DNA from: an uncultured Candidatus Saccharibacteria bacterium
GTDB lineage: Bacteria; Patescibacteriota; Minisyncoccia; Phycocordibacterales; JAKFXT01
Assembly: GCA_964385825.1 (NCBI GenBank)
Contig: CAYLPX010000002.1
Span: forward strand, 98,876 to 162,875
Direction of reading: 5' to 3'
Length of the DNA stretch: 64,000 nucleotides
Below are positions 58,108-64,000 of this stretch, in pieces; position 1 is the first letter of the stretch; the number at the start of each line of letters is the position of its first letter. A model generated the notes under the pieces. The model was given only the letters and a program-made list of their open reading frames with translations, was not told where the DNA came from and made no database searches. The position numbers were made by a program, and so were the translations under genes.

Positions 58108-58152
58108 AACACCCGCCGTTTCGCGAAGCGAAACGGCGGGTGTTTACTTTTA
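58108..58152 (+). terminator. rho-independent terminator with a long stem
   Basis: AAACACCCGCCGTTTCGC-GAA-GCGAAACGGCGGGTGTTT followed by ACTTTTATA. Confidence 0.6.
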
Positions 58153-58192
58153 TACCCTCTACTGTATAAATAGGGGGGTTCTTAACTGTGAG

Positions 58193-58768
58193 GTGTTTGA
58201 AATGAACATGTTGCCGGTCGTGAAAGTTGGGTCGTTGGAGGAGCTTGGGGAAGCTCTCCATGTGGCAAACATTTCTACGGGCAGTTGGGGGGTGGGTAAG
58301 GCGAAAACCATTGGCCACCTTTTCGATGAGTTGCGGGCAGGGGAGGCGAGGCTGGTGCGTACTTCAGAGGGCAAGCTTCGTCGGGAGACTGAAGTTGTCT
58401 GCCTTGAGATTGCAAAGGAGGGGCGGGTGCTTAAGGAGATCTACCAGCTCTTCTATGAAAGTGGGCGTACTCGGACAAGAACTCTCGACACTACAACTGG
58501 CGAGAAAATGCGCCCAGGCGAAACCCCGCTTGAGGCCCTGCGCCGCCTGGTTAGGGAGGAGTTCCCGGTGTTGCAATGCCAAACACCTGATTCCTTCGAA
58601 CCCCTTGAGGTGCGGACTCGCGAGGCGGAAAGCGAGAGCTATCCGGAACTCACGACGCGGTACGTGCTCCACTTCTTCACTGTGGAGCTACAGCTTCCGC
58701 TCCCGGACTTTGTCGTTCAGGAGGCCGACAAGATGTCGGCCTATGCTTGGGTAAACAGGCCCAAGTAG
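58193..58768 (+). CDS. foreign high-GC Nudix-fold-like protein
   Basis: GEKMRPGETPLEALRRLVREEFPV aligns with the Nudix box, with the first Glu of REx2EE replaced by Leu. The ORF is about 57% GC and GC3-rich, and is framed by its own terminators. Confidence 0.45.
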   Translation: MFEMNMLPVVKVGSLEELGEALHVANISTGSWGVGKAKTIGHLFDELRAGEARLVRTSEGKLRRETEVVCLEIAKEGRVLKEIYQLFYESGRTRTRTLDTTTGEKMRPGETPLEALRRLVREEFPVLQCQTPDSFEPLEVRTREAESESYPELTTRYVLHFFTVELQLPLPDFVVQEADKMSAYAWVNRPK

Positions 58769-58773
58769 TTTTC

Positions 58774-58803
58774 AAAAGGCGCCTTCGGGCGCCTGTTTTT
58801 ATA
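58774..58803. terminator. bidirectional GC-rich terminator
   Basis: AAAA, then GGCGCC-TTCG-GGCGCC, then TGTTTTT. Confidence 0.6.
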
Positions 58804-59458
58804 AAATATCTTTTAGCTCTAAGAGCGAGGAGAGTTGAAGGACGGGGAGCATCTCATCTTTTTTACTAAGGTTTACTAGAACTGATTTAATACCTAAGGT
58901 TTTTGGTATTTCATAATCACTACTAACCCGATCTCCAATATAGAGAAAATTTGTGGGGGTAAGGTTTGGATATTTTGAAAGCCAAAGTCTATACGCTTCA
59001 CCGTCTGACTTGGCAGCGTCACTGTCGGTAATGAGGTGATTGAAGAGTGCTGTGGAAAGGTTTAGCTTCTCTAGCTTTTTAAGTGTAATAGGGGAATTAG
59101 AGCCAGTAACAATATCAATATTTTTATATTTTGATTTTAGATAAGTCAAAAGTTCCAATGTTCTTGGATCAGCTACAAGAGTTGAAGCTATATCAGCCCG
59201 TTCAAGTGCCTCTTGTACAATCTCGCGTGCATTCGGCACACCAAGGGCTTCTAAACTTTTGCTACCGCTTAACCCCTTACCCTCCTGGTACTGCTCTCTA
59301 AAAAGATTTCTAGCTTCCTCTAAACTACAGCTTCTATGCTCAGCGATTTTTTCGTAAATATATTTTTGTATGGCTTCATCTACCTCGGGACTTTTGGGGT
59401 AGAGGGTTTGATCGAGGTCAAAACCAATAACGCGTATGCTCGAAGTATCAAAAAACAT
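58799..59458 (-). CDS. HAD-superfamily hydrolase (possible nucleotidase)
   Basis: Motif I VIGFDLDQTLY. The start was chosen at MFFDTSS, one nt after the upstream gene's stop. The listed ORF extends to 59530. Confidence 0.6.
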   Translation of the reverse strand: MFFDTSSIRVIGFDLDQTLYPKSPEVDEAIQKYIYEKIAEHRSCSLEEARNLFREQYQEGKGLSGSKSLEALGVPNAREIVQEALERADIASTLVADPRTLELLTYLKSKYKNIDIVTGSNSPITLKKLEKLNLSTALFNHLITDSDAAKSDGEAYRLWLSKYPNLTPTNFLYIGDRVSSDYEIPKTLGIKSVLVNLSKKDEMLPVLQLSSLLELKDIL

Positions 59459-59459
59459 A

Positions 59460-61877
59460 TTAGTAACAAACATAAAAAACGGATGCTTCACCAAGCGGGA
59501 AGCCCAAGGCTTTGCTATAAAGGGTTCCAATGTGATTAATGAGTTTTTGATCCTCAGTTTTATTTGAAAGTGCGTGGTTCATAAACACTGCAGTTATGTA
59601 TACTGCTTTACCCATAACATTGGCCTGTAGGTATGCCAAATAATCGCCCTGTGGGTCACAAGTTCCTGCCTGGTATTCACTTAGAACTGGATTATTATGC
59701 ATCACCCCTTTTTCTTTTAGGTAGTTAATAGCTTTTTCCACAGTATCTACTCCCTCAAAGTTGCGTAGCCGATCTAGGGTTTTGTTTTTAGGAGCCCCTT
59801 CTTCCTTTAGTTTGTAACTATAGTAGGCAACAGCATGTGTTTCGGTTGGGATTTTGGAATTCTCATTAAAAAGATTAAGACCACTTTTAGTTTCATAATC
59901 GTCAGCTGGCTTTGAAGGTTCTCCGAGGAGCTTTTTCGTACGCTGTTCTTCAGTAAGAAGGAGGATGTTGCCACGACTCGAGAGCATGTACATGTCGCCA
60001 TGGGTAGCTCCGAGCCCCTCACGAATAGTAGTGACATAGGCATCGTAGAGACCAAAGATATTTTCAGGGTATGCGTTTACTATGTTGTGTGCTCGCGCAA
60101 TGTGGAATGAATGGAGGGTATTGCCTTGCATAAAGAAAATATCATGAGTAAGGCAGGGGTCGTGGGTGTATTTTTTCTTACCACTTCCTTCGTCTATGTA
60201 GCTACTCATGTCTCGTGAAGGATCATAGCGCTGCACGATGGTTGCCTTATGAGGATTTCTCCTAAGTGTCTCAATAGTTTGAGGGAGTTGATCAAAGCCA
60301 AAGAATGCCCTAGTTCGCTCTCCATAGCTATAATCGCCGTCGTGATCAAAACGGAGTAATTGTTCTTTATACGCTTTGCGGATTTCCTCAGTGCTACGCT
60401 CACCCTGCTTGTAGAGCGTGGGGAGTGTTGCTAGAGATTTTTCGGTATTGCGGTAGATGGCGAGAACTACCCCTGAGCGCGCGAGCCCTTTTTGCTTGTC
60501 GCCATGCTCTTCGGTGAGCCCTTGTGTATAGAGTTTAAGTAGGGTGTTTTTATGAACATCAAAGAAGCTGTCACTTTCGGTAATAAGAAGGGGTAGGGTT
60601 TCGGTGTTCACCTTAAAAATATTGGGGAAGTCTTGGATAAAGGCGTACCCCAGCTTAGCGGCAATCGCTGCCCGACCCACCTGCCCCCCAACATCAATGC
60701 GGTGGAGGATGTCCATTTCATAATTTTCGAATCTATTTTTTTCAGAAAGGACCTTAAAGAGGGCAGGAAGAGAGGGGCTACGGAGTTCAAACACTTCTTC
60801 ACACACATCAAAGGCAAGGCACATGACAAGCACGAGTCCATCACGAACATTAATCTTGTAATAATATTTTTTGTCAGTAATTAGTGAGACGGTAGGTTCG
60901 AGCAGTATTTCAGTTGTTCCTACAACACTTTCTGCTTTTACAAATGAGGGAAAAGAGACGTTGTTTTTTATTTCAGCATTGACTCGTGATATTTCTGCTC
61001 CAAGGAATAATTGCTCTTCTCCAGTTAGTAATTTCTTTTTCTCTCCCAAGAATTTCATTAAGGAATATTCAAGTAGGAATTCATCAGCACTTTTTATGAA
61101 GTAGGTTTTCTCACCTAGCCTAAGATCAAGGCGAATAGTATCCCTTTCCCTTTTTACTCCAAAGGGGACTGTGGGAGTGAACTCTATGGGCGCCGCCTCA
61201 ACTTTGGGTGGTTGAAGGTGCTGGAATTCCTTAGGGTCAAGTTCAATAAGGTTTTTATTTTTATTGACTGGTTCGCTACTTAGAAGTTTCACTAGCTTGT
61301 TAAGTGAGTCGTAGTAGATTTTCCCTTTACTGTTTACTTCAAAAAGAAGTGTGTAGATAGATTCTGGGATTTTTGGTTTAAGCCACTCTAGGTAACTCAT
61401 GACAATGTCCTTACTGTAGTCATTTTTGTACATGAACATAGGTAGGACAATTATCTCCTTTTGAAAGGCGTCAACAATTTTCGGAGAAAGATTGGGGTAG
61501 TGAGCCGAGGCAGCTTTTCCGTTAATGATAGGGTGCTCTTTATCTTTTCCATCTATGCCATATTGAAGGGCAAGTAGAAGATTGGTACTGGGGGAGAAGG
61601 TGAGCGACTCTTCAGAAAAAAGTATAAGGAACGTAATGGTAGGATGCGCCAGGGAGTTTAGAATCATACGCTCTGTTCCGTCACGGCTGACAATAAGAGA
61701 CCCCAAGGCTGATACGTATGTTCGAAGTGGCTCCTCTATTTCGTTTAACACCTGTCCAGGGGCTGAGGTATTAGTACAAATACCAATAAAACCCTCCTTG
61801 CCCTCGGGGGGTGTTATAAGTAGGGCGTCAACGATTGGGAATTGTGAGGTAGTACTCATTTTTTTAGACTGCTCCAA
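59460..61877 (-). CDS. large multidomain protein with a thymidylate-synthase (ThyA)-fold domain
   Basis: Residues about 480-700 align with ThyA: YGERTRAFFGFDQ, RNPHKATIVQRYDP, the nucleophile region DPCLTHDIFFMQGNTLHSFHIARAHN and the PENIFGLYDAYV region. The roughly 480 aa N-terminus and the roughly 100 aa C-terminal extension are unassigned. Confidence 0.5.
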   Translation of the reverse strand: MEQSKKMSTTSQFPIVDALLITPPEGKEGFIGICTNTSAPGQVLNEIEEPLRTYVSALGSLIVSRDGTERMILNSLAHPTITFLILFSEESLTFSPSTNLLLALQYGIDGKDKEHPIINGKAASAHYPNLSPKIVDAFQKEIIVLPMFMYKNDYSKDIVMSYLEWLKPKIPESIYTLLFEVNSKGKIYYDSLNKLVKLLSSEPVNKNKNLIELDPKEFQHLQPPKVEAAPIEFTPTVPFGVKRERDTIRLDLRLGEKTYFIKSADEFLLEYSLMKFLGEKKKLLTGEEQLFLGAEISRVNAEIKNNVSFPSFVKAESVVGTTEILLEPTVSLITDKKYYYKINVRDGLVLVMCLAFDVCEEVFELRSPSLPALFKVLSEKNRFENYEMDILHRIDVGGQVGRAAIAAKLGYAFIQDFPNIFKVNTETLPLLITESDSFFDVHKNTLLKLYTQGLTEEHGDKQKGLARSGVVLAIYRNTEKSLATLPTLYKQGERSTEEIRKAYKEQLLRFDHDGDYSYGERTRAFFGFDQLPQTIETLRRNPHKATIVQRYDPSRDMSSYIDEGSGKKKYTHDPCLTHDIFFMQGNTLHSFHIARAHNIVNAYPENIFGLYDAYVTTIREGLGATHGDMYMLSSRGNILLLTEEQRTKKLLGEPSKPADDYETKSGLNLFNENSKIPTETHAVAYYSYKLKEEGAPKNKTLDRLRNFEGVDTVEKAINYLKEKGVMHNNPVLSEYQAGTCDPQGDYLAYLQANVMGKAVYITAVFMNHALSNKTEDQKLINHIGTLYSKALGFPLGEASVFYVCY

Positions 61878-62743
61878 GGAGAGGGTAGGAGTTCTTCTAG
61901 AGTGTAAGTCTTATAAGCATCAGTTTCAAGCGCAAAACAATAGTAGGTAAGGTTTAAATTAAAGCGAGAGCTCATCTCACTTAAAAATTGTCGGCAGCAA
62001 CCACAGATTTCGCAGGGCACATCTTTGAACTTAGAAGAAACGAGGGCGAGGGCAATAATATTTTTCCTTTGGTGCATGAGGGAATTAAGCACGGCCCCCA
62101 TTTCGGCGTGAATGTTGAGACGTTTTTCAAAGCTGCTATATTGCCCACTACTAAATATATTGCCTTCGCTCGTTACCACTGCAGCTCCATACCCACTTGC
62201 ACTATCGTAAGTAGGAAAGTTTTTAGTTATCGCATCTTTCGCTACTTGTTTAAGCACGACAAGATCAAGAGGGTTGGTTTTAAGTGGGGGGAGCGGTGTT
62301 GATTGCTCAGCAGTAGCTACTTTTGAAAGCAGGGCACTTTCGGGCTGATAGTAGGGAGTGAGCGTTGTAACATCAGTAGTTTCAAATAATGTTTCGCCAG
62401 AGTCGTTAATAATTGTGTAGGAAATTTTTCTTCCCACACGGATAGCATAATCAACTAGAACTTTTATGGTAAGTGGAGACAGTGTTTGTTTAAATCGAGA
62501 GGCGTCCTTAAGCAGTGTTACCACGTGTTCAATTTTAAAATCAGAAGCTCCAATGCTAAGTAGTAGCGCAACTTGTTCCGAACTAATATCAAGGAGATTA
62601 GTATCGGAATCTACACTTCCGCCGTAATACCTTTTTCCATCTTCGCTTATGGCAACACTTACTGAGCTAGATGGCCCATCTTTACGCTCTTTGCTAATAG
62701 CGAGATCTACATGTTCTCTGAGGGCCTGTGTCTCTTTATGCAT
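61856..62743 (-). CDS. two-domain cytidine/deoxycytidine deaminase-like protein
   Basis: The C-terminal half carries the zinc motifs HAEMGAV and PCEICGCCRQF. The N-terminal half is a degenerate CDA-like domain. The 295 aa length matches dimeric-type Cdd. Confidence 0.55.
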   Translation of the reverse strand: MHKETQALREHVDLAISKERKDGPSSSVSVAISEDGKRYYGGSVDSDTNLLDISSEQVALLLSIGASDFKIEHVVTLLKDASRFKQTLSPLTIKVLVDYAIRVGRKISYTIINDSGETLFETTDVTTLTPYYQPESALLSKVATAEQSTPLPPLKTNPLDLVVLKQVAKDAITKNFPTYDSASGYGAAVVTSEGNIFSSGQYSSFEKRLNIHAEMGAVLNSLMHQRKNIIALALVSSKFKDVPCEICGCCRQFLSEMSSRFNLNLTYYCFALETDAYKTYTLEELLPSPWSSLKK

Positions 62744-62748
62744 ACAGG

Positions 62749-63684
62749 TTAATAGTTACTGCGAAGTTTGCTTACATTAAGTCCAGCACATTCCCAGTCA
62801 TAGTGTAGCGCTTTCTTAATAAAGTCATTGAGAAGGTGGATTTTGTCACGTTCAAGTCGTGGGTACATTTTCTCGGATTGTTTGCTGGTGAGGCGAAGGG
62901 TTGGATTGAAGGTGACCGGGAGAGCGTAGTAGGGAATGAGGGATTTGGACTCATCTATTGGTTCAACCACGAGGGCGGTGATGGGGCGGTTTAATTTTTC
63001 GATAGCATAATCTATGCGGTGTGATCCGTCACAGATAATATAGAATGAGTGCTTCCCAGAATAACGTAGCCCGTAATTAATAATGGGCATATTTGAATTG
63101 AAAATATCCAAGTGATCAATATTACTCACTTCATCAATATGGAATTTATTTAAAAATCGTTCCGCAAGATGATGGAGGTTCCCTTGAGCATCCTTGATAT
63201 AGGTATTTTTAAAGCGTTGACTTAAACGATCAAGATCGATGTAGCCATTTTTAAACTCATAGGTATGTTTTTCGATCACGGGCGGCATGACATGGAAGGA
63301 GCCTCTTCCTTCCCAATGATAGGAAACAGCTTCTTTGAGGCGATTGATAGCTAGGTTATGGTTGTGAAGGAAGTCATCAACTATTTCCATAATATCAATT
63401 TGATTTTGATATATAGTGGGTTGAGGAGTAAATAGTGAATGGCTGACACCTTCACTTTGGACGATTTGTGGAGATTCACCTAAATATTCTGGTGGGTAGA
63501 TTTTGGCAAAACTAAAATTAGCGTATTTGTAAGGCTTGATACGTTTCCCATCTTTGGTATAAAGTCCACGAAACTCAAGTCCCTTGAGAGCAGAACTTAG
63601 CTCAGGAAATTTTAAAATTTTATCTAGAATAAGCTTGTGCTTCATAGGGAACTTAACTATATCCCGCGGGGAGTAGGGGGGCAA
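62749..63684 (-). CDS. ParB/Srx-fold (DGxHR-motif) protein
   Basis: YIICDGSHRIDYAIEK resembles the ParB-like nuclease / DndB-type DGQHR motif. No other motif was recognised. Confidence 0.35.
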   Translation of the reverse strand: MPPYSPRDIVKFPMKHKLILDKILKFPELSSALKGLEFRGLYTKDGKRIKPYKYANFSFAKIYPPEYLGESPQIVQSEGVSHSLFTPQPTIYQNQIDIMEIVDDFLHNHNLAINRLKEAVSYHWEGRGSFHVMPPVIEKHTYEFKNGYIDLDRLSQRFKNTYIKDAQGNLHHLAERFLNKFHIDEVSNIDHLDIFNSNMPIINYGLRYSGKHSFYIICDGSHRIDYAIEKLNRPITALVVEPIDESKSLIPYYALPVTFNPTLRLTSKQSEKMYPRLERDKIHLLNDFIKKALHYDWECAGLNVSKLRSNY

Positions 63685-63731
63685 CTAGACCTCATAAGCA
63701 GTCTATTTTCTATAATTTGCTACAATAGGGT

Positions 63732-64000
63732 TTATGACTTTTGTGCTTAAAATCAAGCGTTTACACCCCGATGCTAGGGTTCCTTCCTATGCTTATGCGG
63801 GGGACGCAGGGCTAGATCTGTGTGTATGTGAAGAAAGTACTTTTGCTGTGGGAGAATACAAGGCTGTAGGAACAGGATTAGCTTTTGAAGTACCAGAGGG
63901 TCATGTAGGCCTTATTTGGGACAAAAGTGGACTTTCTATAAAGAATGGACTAAAGACACTGGCTGGGGTGCTGGATTCAGGGTATAGAGGAGAACTCATG
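63732..64000 (+). CDS. dut: dUTP diphosphatase (partial, runs off the window end)
   Basis: AYAGDAGLDL and GLIWDKSGLS...GVLDSGYRGE are present. Confidence 0.85.

Overview
This 64 kb window looks like a chromosomal segment of a small-genome, low-GC bacterium (Patescibacteria/CPR-like, background about 40-45% GC). It carries the replication-origin neighbourhood: rpmH-rnpA-yidC-jag on the minus strand, dnaA-dnaN on the plus strand, and a cluster of DnaA-box-like 9-mers between dnaA and dnaN. Upstream is a type-IV-secretion-like cluster (PrgI-like, VirB4-like ATPase, TrbC/VirB2-like pilin). Housekeeping genes include PBP1A, tyrS, ruvC-yebC-ruvB, ruvA, polA, tsaE, mutM, murE, rpsT, rplS, secE-nusG-rplK, uppS, ackA-phosphoketolase and malic enzyme. 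Dispersed type IV pilus genes are present: pilB, pilMNO and a short pilin. Seven tRNAs were called: Lys, Arg(CCG), Arg(GCG), Ser, Arg(UCU), Val, Leu and His make eight in total. Three things stand out. First, six short high-GC islands (about 57-60% GC, GC3-rich codons), each a single small foreign-looking gene with its own RBS and a GC-rich terminator. Second, a family of about 200 nt structured repeats that sits immediately 3' of five of the tRNA genes, with att-like duplications of tRNA 3' ends at tRNA-Arg(UCU) and tRNA-Ser. Third, a nucleotide-metabolism cluster at the right edge: an 805 aa protein with a thymidylate-synthase-like domain, a two-domain cytidine deaminase, a ParB/DGxHR-like protein, dUTPase and a HAD hydrolase. 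There is also a NADAR-domain gene followed by an uncharacterised partner, and a membrane-anchored PD-(D/E)xK nuclease in a tRNA-bounded mini-island. No rRNA genes or CRISPR arrays were seen.
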